A DNA stretch of 64,000 nucleotides. It comes from Tubiluchus corallicola (lineage: Eukaryota; Animalia; Priapulida). Below the pieces are notes generated by a model that saw only the letters and a program-made list of their open reading frames with translations, made no database searches and was not told the origin of the DNA. The translations under genes and the position numbers were made by a program. The stretch lies in the NCBI GenBank assembly GCA_030141605.1, contig JAQGDQ010000002.1, forward strand, positions 1,860,001 to 1,924,000. The letters are read 5' to 3'. Positions 11,929 to 25,219 of this stretch are shown here, piece after piece (within the stretch, counting starts at the first letter, position 1; each line of letters begins with the position of its first letter).

Positions 11929-14900
11929 CTGTAAGGAATAAAAATAATGCAAAACCATAAATTCATTATTAGACATGATACACTAGTATTACTGCACTTG
12001 TGCATAGTAGAGTTTCAAAAATGTGCAAATGGCACCCTACTCAATGTAAAATTAAATCTTGTGAATAGGTTCTGATATCTCATCACATTTAAAATGCTAA
12101 TAATTGGTTTATCAAGTGAGTGAAACTGGATTGTATTGCAAAATACAGATTTTCATTTATATATATATATAGTTTGAACTTGTTTTATTTTTTGAAGGAC
12201 AAAACAATGTATTCATAAACACCATATTTTCTAGCATATCATTTTCTTGCATTAATTTTCATTATACTTTCATGCTTTCCGAAGAGCAATGCCGTTTTCT
12301 GCCGTACTTTTAAAATTAAGTATAATGTATACTATTGCGCGCAATGGTTTCTGAAGCCTAAAAATTGTTCAAGCTAAGTATCCCTCCTTGTTTTTAAAAA
12401 CTGACACACTTTCATGTTAGACAACAAAAGGAAAGATCTGAACTAAATCAATAGCCAACGTGTAAGAGCATCAAACAAAAACAGGTAATGAGCAATAATT
12501 GTTACCTGCAATATGTGATCATGAAACGTTTCAATTTAGCTCATAAGAGATTTTGCAAATTTTATCACTTCTCTCATATTTGTTTTCAAAAAATTAACAA
12601 TCGTGGGTTTAATTTATTCTTTACAAAAACAATGTATTTGCAACTTGTAGGACATTCTATAGACATGGGACACTGGGCCAAATTTTTAATAAATTTTCTC
12701 ACAAGCAAAATTTCTGTAATCTCTTCACTGACCTTGGTCAACAAACAGAATAAGCTGTAACTAGGTCTAGCTTGCACAAAATTACGTTGTATGTGCGAAC
12801 TTTTGCAGTGCAAAAGTGATTCTTCAACACCATTCAGCTTAGTTCGACCAAAAATATCAAACCTGATGAACTCCTGACTGTCTCTAAATTTTGTTCATGA
12901 GTAGCTGAAATGTCCTGTAAATCTTGCTCAGAGGCAAAGTTTCTAGCTACAAGTGGCCAACAAAACAAACAAAAATTTTGAGGTGAATTTATATACATCT
13001 TAAAGAAGTAGTATTGGCAGGATCAAAAGTCAACACCAAGCAAAGTCAGAAATGTTCACATAAATTCCGACCTTTCATCTGAGCATAAACAAAATGTCCA
13101 ATTTCTGTTTACATGTGATGCAGTCAGAAGGACTTACACTTTTTCCGTAAAAATTTGTGTCACCAACGAAAGAGCCACGAGACCCCGTGAAGCTAAACAT
13201 CGGTAGTGGGACGGGTATTGGTACATTGATGCCAACCTGTATAAAATAGAAAAAAATGTTTTATTGAGCAATGAGTAGTTAATCAAAAAATGACATACAC
13301 AAGGAGAAAAAATATTTTATAAAAAGCAGTTATGCAAATGAAATATGGAAAGTTAAAATTATAGAACAGCTGAATGGGCCTACGTAATGATATGTAATGA
13401 TTAATAATTCAAAAGTTAAATCTATTAACTACGTTCTATTCATTGGGGTTAATTTTAGACCAAACATTTTTGAAAACAAGTGAAGGACTTTAAATCAGAA
13501 AATAAAATAAAAGAAATAAACAGCAGTGGGTGCAAATTTGGAAAATAGTTAATGAGTTTAACAGTTAAATTGATGACATTACATTTAGCCCTGCCCTATA
13601 GAAGGGCCACATTAAGGCATTTTGCACAGAACTATAATGGTAACAATAGGTTTTACACAAAACAAATGTTTTCTAGTTAATTCTCTTTTTTAGCTAGTTT
13701 ATTAGATTTTTTAGGCTTCAGTCTATATTAGATTTCTGAGACTTCATGTTTTCTAGACTTCTGCTCTTTTAAGATTTGTTTCCAATAAGAGGAAGTAAAA
13801 GTAGTGCTGATGTTTTTATGAGTTAGCAAGGACACCGGCTATAAAACAGAGTTGTGCATCCCCAGAAAACTTCATCTAATAAGTGGAAATGACCTATGGA
13901 ATTAAATGATCTATTATCTATCATTCCATTGGAAAGAAATATTTCAAACCAGGTGGGTAGAATTAAGTTATGTTCAGGTCTCTCACATTTCAGCAATATC
14001 TCCTAAACAGAAAAATATAATAAAAATCGAATGTTTTTTTTTACCTGGCCAACATCAATTTCTTGAGTGAATTTACGAGCCGTGGCACCATTTGTGGTAA
14101 AGATGGCTGTTCCGTTACCATATGGATTAGAATTTATTAGTTCAATAGCCTCGTCTAATGTATCAACATTCATGCACAGCAAAACTGGACCAAAAATTTC
14201 TTCTGTATAACAATCCATACTGGGCTATAAAATGACACTATTAAAAATTAGTTACAAGTGGCAGTATTAAACCTGCAAGCTTCCAGATGGAAAGCACTGA
14301 AACTGCTGTATAAATATTGAACATGAAGACAACAAATTTAAACATCGGTATTTTTCAATTAAACATTTCTGAGAAATGCAATAGAAATCCATACAATAGA
14401 TTAACGGCACTTTCGACTAACTCCAACTATGCTGTCAAAATTCTAATAACGACACTCATATGTTGTACAAGTGCTGCAGGTACTCTTAATTGTAACAACA
14501 AGTTTTCAGCTCAAGCTTGTTTAGCTAATTTAGATAAAGATTACTGTCAATAAGCCTGCTTGCAGGAAAACTAAAAAAAATCTGGTTTTAATCATGCTGG
14601 AAGCCTGAATATTTTTGCGTGAATTTAATAATAAAGATTAGCTTGCAAATTGTTTTATTAGACTATCAATGTAACCTACCAAGAAGCTGACCAAGTATTA
14701 TAGGTTATTGAACATTTAAAACCGCAAACTAAAAAATTATAGCATTGCATAATCTCAATAAACTGCATTTAATGACTCATTTTACAAATACTAATTGGGA
14801 GTAAACGAAAGTTCTTGCACACCTTTACATTCTCCATTATAGTAGGTCCCACAAAGTTCCCACTTTCATATCCTGAAACCTTTACATCACGCCCATCTAG

Positions 14901-17900
14901 GATGATATTAGCGCCAGCCTCTGCACCACTTTGTACGAGATCGCAACAGCGCTTCTTGGCCTGCGGAGTTATCAATGGACCCAAATCAGCACCTGGTTCT
15001 GTTCCTAAAAAAAATTTTGGAAAAAACAATGTCATAATTGTTAAAATTGTGATAAGAATCCATCTGTATTGAAACAAATTAAATACATCTAACAAAAATT
15101 TTCATAAAACACTTCAGAGCATAAAGATTTGACAAACTCGAGTAAATACAAAAAACATTGTTTATAATAGACAAAAACATCTACAATGTGTTCTTGATTT
15201 ACAGCCACACATATCTGCAGCGAGATTAGATATTGTGACAGAACGAAAATCTTAGTAAGCATAAATGTCAAAGTTTTGCTACATGCTACAGTAAATCAGA
15301 AAAGTGCAAGCTAAATTTTTGCATACAGAGCTTTAAGAACTTTGTCAAGTGATATTTTTGCAATGCAGCTTTCCAAGTGAATTAGGCAAGTTAAAGACTG
15401 AGGAGAAGTTTATGGTTTCACTTCGCAGTAAAGCACATTCTCATCTAATGTTCTGTACTATTACTAATAATGTCAACCTACACTTTTACCAGTGCTTGCT
15501 GTCGCACTTGTAGGCAAGAAATGTTATATGCGTAGTATAAGTCGTAAAAAGCGAGTAGCACTGATTTTGCTATAACAATGTCACTTGCTCCTTTATAAAG
15601 TTGCCAATCGCCAGTTTTATAAATTTAACATCTACCATCAAAAGCTGAAATGCGGCTGCAAAGAACTGGTGATAACATACATGCAGGTGTAATATATGCA
15701 CCTGACCTTCCTCAGAAAATTTGCAAACATTTCCAGAACATACTAATTTTACCATTTACAGTATTTCATATCCACAATAGAAGAAAAAACTATATGATTC
15801 ATTGGTAGTAAAAAAGTTAAACTCATTTAAACAGATGACTCTCACATCAAGAGGCAAAACAGTTTTAGCAAAGTTGCACAAGAATTTTTTTTTAAAAAAC
15901 CATTACCTGCCGCAACTTTCAGTTTCTTTGCTCGCTCAACAAGTTCAGGAATCCATTCCTTAGACTTGCCTACAAATACAGCTGTAGGCAGAGCCATGCA
16001 TCTTTGCCCTGCTGCACCAAAAGCTGCACCAACCAACTGAAATTTACTCACATGTTTCATACGGCATTTAAAAAAGACAAGATTTAAGCAGCCCTTAAAT
16101 TAATTTTAGCTAATACCTACTTTTAAATTAAAATAACAATGTTGTATAGAGCATATTCTATTTAATGTGGTGTATTAGCATCGCTGTATTTCAAGTTGAC
16201 AGTTTCTGAGAAAACGATTAAAGTGACAAAAATAGATAAAACTGTAGATAAGTTGAGATTATCTACAAAGATGCTTGATAATTACATAGATATATTACTG
16301 TGCATTTGTGATACTTTGTTCGCTTTACCTGATTCAATGCCATCTCTTTGTTTGCATCGGGCATGACGACACCATGGTTTTTGGCACCAATGTTAGACTG
16401 ACATCGTTTACCATTCCTGGACCCTCGTTCATAAATGTATTTTCCCTAAACAGAAACAAAGAAGGCAATACCTGTACCAATCAAACTCTCACTTGTATGT
16501 AAATAGTTTTATTACAATGTTCAAAGATCAGATAATAGAAGAAATACAGATGCATGTACGAATGAGATTCTAAGTGATGAATCTTAATTACTTAAATCGA
16601 TTTTTTGCAAAGACCAAAACATGTAGAATGGTTTTTTCTCTTTTCACAACACCAGCCCACCTGAATAGAAAATGCTACCCTCTATTGTAAACATTATGAA
16701 TTATTTGATCACAATGACTTGTGCACTAGTTTCAGGTGCCACATTATAGGTTATAATGTTTAATTAAATTTAGTAAAAAATTCTTACAGCTCGATCTGAT
16801 CCCACGAAAGATATAGCTCTGATTGAAGGGTGATCACAAATGAAGTTAACAGCTGAAAAGAAGTAAAATACAATCATTTTTCTGCCACAGTCTGGATTTT
16901 CATTATCTAAAGACACAATTAAATATATTAATTTGAAACAATTTTAAAGTATTGCTACATGTTTGATCATCAGTATGACCGTATACTATAGATGCTAATT
17001 AAAAGAAGTGCTTATTAAAAACTCTGTTATAATCAACTAAGCTGAAGGTAACGTACTATCAACAGAACCATGGATGACGTTAATGCAACCATCAGGAATT
17101 CCAGCTTCTTTTGCAAGTTCCATGAGAATCATGGCAGCCCCCGGATCTCTTTCAGATGGTTTGAGTACGAATGTGTTGCCACACACCAAGGCCAAAGGAA
17201 ACATCTGAAAATAAATTACAAAATTTGTTATCAAAAATCAGGGTAAATAAAGTAGTGCTGTCATTAGTTAAAATAAGAATTGTAGTCATAACATACAATG
17301 TGCGGCATTACATTGGAACATAACAACTATGTTATGTCTTACTTTACATTGTTTAACTTAGTGCGATAAGTTGCCATAAATAATTCATCGACCTTTATGA
17401 GTTAGTGATTCAAAAAAACACTGGTAATCAAGATAGGATTTTTGTTTACATACAACAGTAATAAGTTATCAGATTACATGTCTACAATTCTGAAGGTAAT
17501 TTTTATGATTAAGATGCACATATTAGTTTTGCAGTGTGACATGGCAAAACCAAATGCACGATCAGAAAAATTGGTCTTAAGGTCAAGTGCTGTGGCCAAG
17601 CTAAGCAAGCTCAGTCTAGAGATTAACATCTCTGTTCTACAAGTTTAACTTACCCACATTGGAATCATTGCTGGAAAATTAAATGGCGTAATTCCTGCAC
17701 AAACACCCAAAGGGATCCGGTAGGAATGAATGTCCATATCCTTAGCAACAGTTGGCATAGTCTCACCTAACTGAAGTGACGTGACCGAACAAGCATGCTC
17801 AACTACCTCTGTTAAGACATTACAAGTTCAGTTAGTAGACAAATTCTAACAATTTTTTCATATGAATAACAGACATAGCTGTTCAAAAGTTGTTTCTAAA

Positions 17901-20900
17901 CAATTCTAAAGTTGCAACAATTATAGCAAGGAAAAGGGCGGTACATAACAAACACAGTTCCACCATCTAGTCCATAGATTTTTGTACTTACAATTCTGCT
18001 TATTTGCATGGCAAAACTGCATTACAGACATTTTTTATTTTCTCACATTAATTTTTCATTACGGGTGGTCATAACTTACTAACCACAATCGGTTCCGGCG
18101 TATTGGTTGAAAGACAACTTGGATGTATGTATGCATGTATGTATGTATGTATGTATGTATGTATGTACATGTATATTTTCAAATGCATATAATTTTATAT
18201 TCAAATGGTGTGATGTGTGTACATGTACTAAGTAAGGCAGCTTCTTTTGGCAAATTTATCAAAACAGATAGCAATTTAAATTAACTTGTTTAGGAATTAA
18301 TTAAGTTGTGGTCAGGTCACAAATTCGAACAGTTGTAAGTTGTATCTATCTATAAGTCATGTCGACAACTACCTGTATACTTAAAAATGTTGCATGACAA
18401 TCATTATTATTCGTATGAATGGAACTACTTTCATTCTGCTAAGCACTCCATTTCTCAGTGCTTACTTATTTTATATGCATTTTATATATACACCATTTTA
18501 TCTGAACAAGTTGCATATATACGCATATATAGAACTCACGCAGTCCCCTAGTGACATCGCCCTCTGCATCAGCAAGTGTTTTGCCTTGTTCTTCAGTGAT
18601 ATTCTGTGCCAGTCTTTTCATGTTTTCCCTGATTAGATGCTGCAGCTTAAACATGGTTGACTGACGAGTGAGAATAGTCTCCTTACTCCACTTCTTAAAT
18701 GCATGCTCTGCAGACGCGACGGCTGCAAGCATTTCATCTTGAGTAGCTTCTGGTACTCGACTAATTACTTCGTTTGTTGCCTATAAAATCAAAGTAAGAA
18801 ATCTTAACTGAAGAAAATGCATCACTATATGAGTTTTGTACAGGCGTGACCTACTAGTATCATATTTATAATTTTACCAGGCGACAAGATTTCAGTTTGA
18901 TAGATAAATCCCTCGTATTTCCCTTAAATGATAATTACTAAATTAATAAAAACTCTGCCTCATAAAGATAAACTAAACTGATAAAGCTGGATTATAGTGG
19001 AAAGCTTTTCAGTTTCATAGTTCCAAGCATTTAATTAATATTCTTTTCAAATAGCAAATTTACAAGGTTCTAGAAAAAATTTGCTCAAAATGTTTCTGAA
19101 CCATTTTCTGCATGAAAAGGGCATAAATTAAGATTACATATACGTGTGCAACTAAAAAGCAAAGTCCAAAATTGTGCCAAATTGTTAGTACAACTGGCAC
19201 ATATAGTATGTACGTGTACCAGCAAAAAGATGGAGTTAATTATAAATGCATACTTTTAAAGATAGAAAATTCTCTAAAAAGACAAATTGAAGACTGTTTC
19301 GGATAAACTGATACTGCTGGCTATCATCACAGAAAAAATAATAATTGACAAAGATAACCGAAATGTTGAAAAGTATGATTTCCAAAAAATATTTATATCC
19401 ACATTTCAATTAAAGTCAATTAAATTAAATTTCCTTGCAAAATTGCATTGTAATTTACAACACTAGCAGTCTTGATGTTTAGAAATTCTGATGCCACTAT
19501 AGCTTACAGCAATAACATTACCAAATTAAGAAATGGTAAAGTATTAAGGTTCAAAAGTTTGGTGACGATACCTGCTATTTTCTACAGTCTAGCAAAAAAA
19601 AAGGAATCAAAATTTGAAGATGGAGAAGTCAATTAAAATGAAACATCTTTGACATACCCATTACAATTAAACCACAAGCTAGACAGAATACAAAAAAATT
19701 ACTGCAAGTCCATAAAATGCCTACAAGTTCTACGAGTGAGTTCATAAAGGAGTAGTAGAATGCAAATAAAAAGAAATTACACCATATTGTTCTTACTGGA
19801 TTATGAATATCAATCCATTTGGTAGTTTTTGATTCCAGAAACTTCCCATCAATAAAAAGTTTTGTTGTAGGCTGAAAAGATGAAATAAATTATGGGTTAG
19901 CCTGTAACAGTCACCAGTAAAGTACCTTAATATCTGAATGGAGAAGAATAGAATGTAGACAAACAGAAAGCATTTGCAACATAAGCATTTACTGCACTAA
20001 GTAGTTTAGCTTGTCACCATTATCAAGTTAAAATGATCGATTACCAGCTTGGAACTGTAACATCTAAGACCAGTTTCTAGAAATAAAATAAGACACTGGT
20101 CAACTGCAAATCTCTGCAAATTGCTAATCTGCTGTTATAGTGGACATATCATAGGCATAAGGTGTATAAAAGTGAAACATACCACAGATGAAGCATAGAA
20201 TCTCACTCCATTAAACACTCCGAATACCTGAAATATAACAGTTTACAAATTATTAACTGGCATATTATTACAGACATTAAACACAGATAATTCGCAGACA
20301 TTAAACGGTAATCGGCAAGTGATTGAAAAGCTAGCCATTTAATTTGAACAATGTCTGTAGCTCTAACACAACAGCACAAGATTAGTTCAGTTGCTGTTTT
20401 GAAAATGCTTAGGCTGAGTTGATTCTTGGTCAACTCAATATAAGGTATCCTGAACTATTACAAAAGTCATATAAATTCAGAAAAAAATTCTGTAGTTTCA
20501 TTGTTAATAATCAGATAGATGTGTCTCATATTTGTTAAACACTTTATTTCACAGAAAAATTTCAATTTAAGCAGATGAAATAGTCTGGCATTGTGGTGTT
20601 GCTGCTAGTCACCATCAAGTACACACGCTCGAACTACAAGGAATGCTTCACAAATCAAATGCCTTTCGGGACACAGATTCATTCAAACATGTTGCACAGA
20701 GTTACTGTCTACAGTTCATCTTTTCTGCCACCCACTCATGCTTTGCTGAATCCAGTTATTTTAGCTAACCTGTAGTGTTCTGGAGTCCAGCTCCCTAACT
20801 ATATTTATAATGCTTGCAGGTAAAACTTATAATTGTATAACCAGTTTAGACCTATGCTAGTAATACCTGAAGACCAGTGAGCTTAATTACGTTACTTGTA

Positions 20901-21057
20901 AATGTAGCAAAATGTAAATAAATAAAAGAAAAGAAGTAGCAGAACTAATATCAAAACTGCGCACTGTATCCGCATAAATAAAAGAATAATTAGAACTATA
21001 TGATTAAGAAAAACATACCGAACACTTATGCACAACACGATTAACCAGGGCTGCCAT
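11827..21057 (-). CDS. ALDH6A1: Methylmalonate-semialdehyde dehydrogenase [acylating], mitochondrial (multi-exon, ~529-536 aa)
   Basis: Phase-consistent GT-AG exons: 21057-21019, 20794-20770, (20633-20613 optional), 20076-20045, 19871-19797, 18780-18540, 17808-17654, 17204-17057, 16852-16788, 16445-16329, 16036-15907, 15004-14823, 14224-14045, 13236-13138, 11928-11827. Motifs: [35 protein letters not shown], catalytic [32 protein letters not shown]. Confidence 0.97.
13138..13236 (-). CDS. ALDH6A1: ALDH6A1 exon ([33 protein letters not shown])
   Basis: MMSDH signature; CAG/GTAAG boundaries. Confidence 0.96.
14045..14224 (-). CDS. ALDH6A1: ALDH6A1 exon ([15 protein letters not shown]...DVGQ)
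   Basis: EEIFGP motif. Confidence 0.96.
14823..15004 (-). CDS. ALDH6A1: ALDH6A1 exon ([14 protein letters not shown]...[12 protein letters not shown])
   Basis: Matches ORF 14769..15095. Confidence 0.96.
15907..16036 (-). CDS. ALDH6A1: ALDH6A1 exon with the catalytic Cys (GAAGQRCMA)
   Basis: Matches ORF 15842..16060; CAG/GTAATG boundaries. Confidence 0.96.
16329..16445 (-). CDS. ALDH6A1: ALDH6A1 exon (GKYIYERGS...[20 protein letters not shown])
   Basis: MMSDH-specific GAKNH motif. Confidence 0.96.
16788..16852 (-). CDS. ALDH6A1: ALDH6A1 exon ([21 protein letters not shown])
   Basis: NAD-binding SFVGS motif. Confidence 0.95.
17057..17204 (-). CDS. ALDH6A1: ALDH6A1 exon ([21 protein letters not shown]...)
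   Basis: KPSE motif; CAG/GTACGT boundaries. Confidence 0.96.
17654..17808 (-). CDS. ALDH6A1: ALDH6A1 exon (QVVEHACS...[12 protein letters not shown])
   Basis: ALDH PFNFP motif; CAG/GTAAG boundaries. Confidence 0.96.
18123..18172. repeat. (ATGT)n microsatellite in an ALDH6A1 intron
   Basis: Direct reading. Confidence 0.9.
18540..18780 (-). CDS. ALDH6A1: ALDH6A1 exon ([11 protein letters not shown]...AEGDVTRGL)
   Basis: Matches ORF 18466..18732; TAG/GTGAG boundaries. Confidence 0.96.
19797..19871 (-). CDS. ALDH6A1: ALDH6A1 exon ([25 protein letters not shown])
   Basis: Conserved MMSDH N-terminus; TTCAG/GTAAG boundaries. Confidence 0.95.
21019..21057 (-). CDS. ALDH6A1: ALDH6A1 exon 1 ([13 protein letters not shown], start of mitochondrial targeting peptide)
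   Basis: AAAATGG start context; donor GTATGT. Confidence 0.75.
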
Positions 21058-21074
21058 TTTGCAAGGACACTTCC

Positions 21075-21145
21075 AATTCAAGTTCAATTCAAGTTTATTT
21101 CTTAAAGCGCCACTTGTCATATACATCCTGTCGTGGCGCACTAAG
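21075..21145 (-). mobile_element. L2/MIR-type retroelement 3' end
   Basis: The minus strand reads GCGCCAC...GTGGCGC (stem), then TTTAAGAAATAAA, then a CTTGAA/TTGAA tandem tail. This is the usual layout of L2-clade LINE/SINE 3' ends. Confidence 0.55.
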
Positions 21146-21504
21146 CAATTTCCAAGCTATTCAGTTCATTTATGGTTCGACTTGCACTATCTTAATAATC
21201 TCAAGATTTCAGGTAATGTCAAACGAACCCAAAACATTGTTTTGACACTAACCATTGAGGGCATGATACTGTGATTATTATATTTTTTATTATTGCTTCT
21301 GCAGTAGTTCAGCACCGTGGCTGTGTGATATCAAAGGTGCCAACTGTTGACCTGCTTGGTGGGTGCTATTTAAAGGGTAAAACTTCGAGTGAATGTTGGG
21401 TAATAATTTTTTATGCTTTATTATTTACAATTGACGACAAAAGCTGCATAGCAGGCTTGTGTTGTAGTTGAATTTAAAGTTAAAAGTTGACTTTAAAAAA
21501 AGAT

Positions 21505-21659
<155 letters not shown>

Positions 21660-22392
21660 TCATGTTGTATTATTTCTTGCAACACAGAGTTAATTAATTT
21701 CAACTGACTACAGTAATCAGTTGTTGCTGATAGTACACTGTTGGACTTGGTTATCATTGTATCGATTGTTTGAGGAAGAACACATGTAAAGAAATGTAGA
21801 AGTATCTAGGATCAAGGTAGATGATTGAGGGGGTGGGTGGGGAGTTGAAGCAAAGGGCTACATCGTCTTCTAAAATATCAATTTTATTAGAATTTTCACA
21901 ATCTACACGTATTCTCATTAAAATACAGTTGCTATCTTCAAACAGATATTTAAGTTATTGTTTCACATTCACATTTTTTTAAAGAGTTTTTTAAAGAGTT
22001 TATTCATTTTTTCCACATTGCATCTTACAATTATCATTAAAATACAGACAATTTTCCATTTAAGTAAATATAAATATAAATATGAATAAATGCAATATTG
22101 TCGAGAAATTACAGAATGCGGGATATACATGTGCAAATTTCATTACAGAATAATTTTGATACATACAGTTTGAGCCTAAAAGCATAGCTTGACAGGCCAA
22201 ACTGTATGTGGAAATCTTTAAAAAAAAATGGGGGGGGGGGGAGTAGTGAATGAAAGATGAAATGGAGCGAGAACTAAGAAAAACTGTGATCATGGTTTCA
22301 AAGTGTTCAGTATCCTGTTAAACATAGTCACGTTATATTAAGATTACTGTAGGAAAAATGCAGGTTATTACCATTATCAAATTGTGTTACTC

Positions 22393-25219
22393 TTAATACT
22401 TTTGAAATATTTCTTTTCTGACGGTTTTTTTTAAAGTTAAAAGGGAGTGACTACATTTCGAATTGCGGCTTAGTCTGTTCCATAGGACTGGTCCCATATA
22501 GCTAATGAAGTGTTTTGCCATATTTGTTCTACAACGTCTTGGTATATATTCATTATGTCTGGTATTGTATTTTTTTACATTTATCTTGACTGGATTTTCA
22601 AAAAAAGTTGGAAATAAGTTGTTGTTGGTTCTATACATGTATGTACATCCATTAAAATTAATAACATCATCAAGAAGTAACATTTGACATTGCTTAAAAT
22701 GTGTAGTAGTAATTGTGCTCCTTTTGTCTAGTTTGAAGATGACATGTAAAAATTTTCGTTGTAAAACTCTTAAGCATTCTAAATTTGTAGTATAAGTAAA
22801 GCCCCATAATGTTGTGCAGTAATTTAAATATGATAATATTAAACTGTTGTATAATGTTAGAAGATCTTCGGTGTTCAGAAAGTTTTTGATATATGAGATG
22901 ATACCTATATTTTTTGATATTTTTAATCTGATCATGAATATATGTGGTCGCCAGTCTAGATGCTCATTCAGTATTAATCCCAGAAATTTCAGTTCTTTTA
23001 CACGTGCAATTCTTTTATGGTCTATTATTAAATCGTGATTCGCCTGAATTGGTTTATTTCGGGATCTAAACAGAATGTATTTTGTTTTTGATGAATTTAG
23101 TGAAAGTTTATTTGTTTTGAACCATATAGCTAGATCATGTAGAACTGTATTTATGTAGTCAATATTGGTTTCTATTTTATGAAAGCTAAAAAAAAATGCT
23201 TGTATCATCAGCAAACTGAAATAAACTCTGATTTTTAACACAAAATTTGATGTCATTAATATAAATTAGAAAAAGTAGTGGCCCTAGGACTGAGCCTTGG
23301 GGCACGCCACATTTGATTGGTGTTACATCTGAAAAAGCGTTATTATATTTTACTGTTTGAGTGCGCCCTGTTAAATAATTCTTTAGCCATATATGAGGCA
23401 AACCTCTGATACCGTAATAGTACAACTTATTTAGCAGAATGTCATGGTTTACTGTATCAAATGCTTTTGATAGGTCGCAAAATACTCCGTAGGATGTGCC
23501 ATTTTTTTCAACTGTATTAATGATATTTTCTATAATTTTTGTTAAGGCTATTTCAGTGGAGCTACCTTTTCTGAAGCCAAATTGTTTATTACTCAGAATT
23601 CTTTTTTTTATTAAATAATGAGATAACTGATTGTAAAAAACTTTTTCTAATATTTTTGATATAAAAGGCAACAAGGACACTGGTCTATAATTGTTCAGAG
23701 ACATGGGATCATCTGATTTAAACAAAGGAACAATAATTGATTCTTTCAATTTCATTGGTATTTCACCTGTAAGAAAAGATAAATTAATTAAATATTGCAA
23801 AGGTTTAGAGATGTAGTCAATGGTGTCTATTACGACTTTAGGTAACATTTTGTCCTTACCAGGACCTTTATTCCGATTAAACGATTTACAAGTATTTATT
23901 ATATCATTTTCTGTTACTGCACTAATAAAAAAGCTTTGTCGGTAGGTACCTTGAAGATATGTACATGGATTTATGTTTGTGTTTTCAATTTGTTCTGATA
24001 ATATTGGTCCAATATTGGCAAAGTAATCGTTAAAAGCATTTGCCACCTCTACATTATTTTTAATTAATTTATTGTTTATGAACAACGTAATGGGTCGATT
24101 TTGTCTTTCTTTATGCATAATTTCTTTCATTGTATCCCATGTCTTTTTTATGTTATCTTTAACTGTCATCAATCTATCCCTATAATACTGACATTTTGAT
24201 GCTTTTATAACTGTATTAAGTTCATTTCTATATCGTTTGTATTCTACTTCAGATACGTCATTATTTGTCTTGTTCACCAGAGAACGATACATTTTATTTT
24301 TCCGCTTAACACTTTCTAAAATTGCTGTAGTGATCCAAGGTTTTTTTGCTGCTTGATGATTGTTATTGCTTTTCTGTAGTTTAATATGTTTGTTATAGAT
24401 ATCAGAAAGCTTAGTATGAAATAAATTGTATGCGTCTTCGGTATTAGTTGCAGAATATAAATCTGACCAGTCACATTGATTTAAATCTTGGATAATTTTG
24501 TTTTTTATATGAACATTATAAATATGTTTGCGCACGTATTCCTTACTGTATGTTTCAATTTTGAGATCAATAATTAAAAAAATTGGGAGGTGATCTGTTA
24601 TATCTGTTAGAAAAATACCTGATTTATACTTATAATCTAGTGCATTAGTAAATATATTATCAATTAGTGTTGCTGAATAAGGCGTAATTCTTGTTGGTCT
24701 TGTAACAGTAGGAAACAGATAATTGGTCAGCATTGTGTCTAAAAAGCGTCCGGTTTCGTTGTGAGAAGCATGGTTTATTAAATTTATATTATAGTCTCCT
24801 AGTAAGAAAAAATGTTTGTTTTGTCTATTAACAATTGCCATAGTGTGCTGTATTTTGTCTGTAAAATGATTAGGATTTTCACCAGGTGGTCTATATATTA
24901 CTCCCATTATTGTATTTTTATTCTTGCTGCGTAATTCAATGAAAAGTGATTCTATGTCTGGATCATTGATGTGGCATAGGTCTTTTCTCACTGTATAAGG
25001 TATGTCTTTCCTTATAAGCAAGCCGACTCCGCCACCAGATTTGTGTTTACGATTTATACATTCAAATTCATATCCAGGCAGGAAAATGGTTACTCCTGAA
25101 TCATCTTGGAGCCATGTTTCTGATAAGGCAATAATTGAAAAACTTATAGTTAATGATTCTAAATATACATTTAAATAATCAAAATTAGCTTTTAGGCTAC
25201 GAATATTAACATGGATCAT
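22393..25219 (-). pseudogene. LINE ORF2 (APE + reverse transcriptase), split by one +1 frameshift in a T9 run at 23188-23196
   Basis: ORFs 23186..25219 and 22393..23256 join as FADDTSIFF/SFHKIETN if one T is removed; there are no other stops. Confidence 0.9.
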
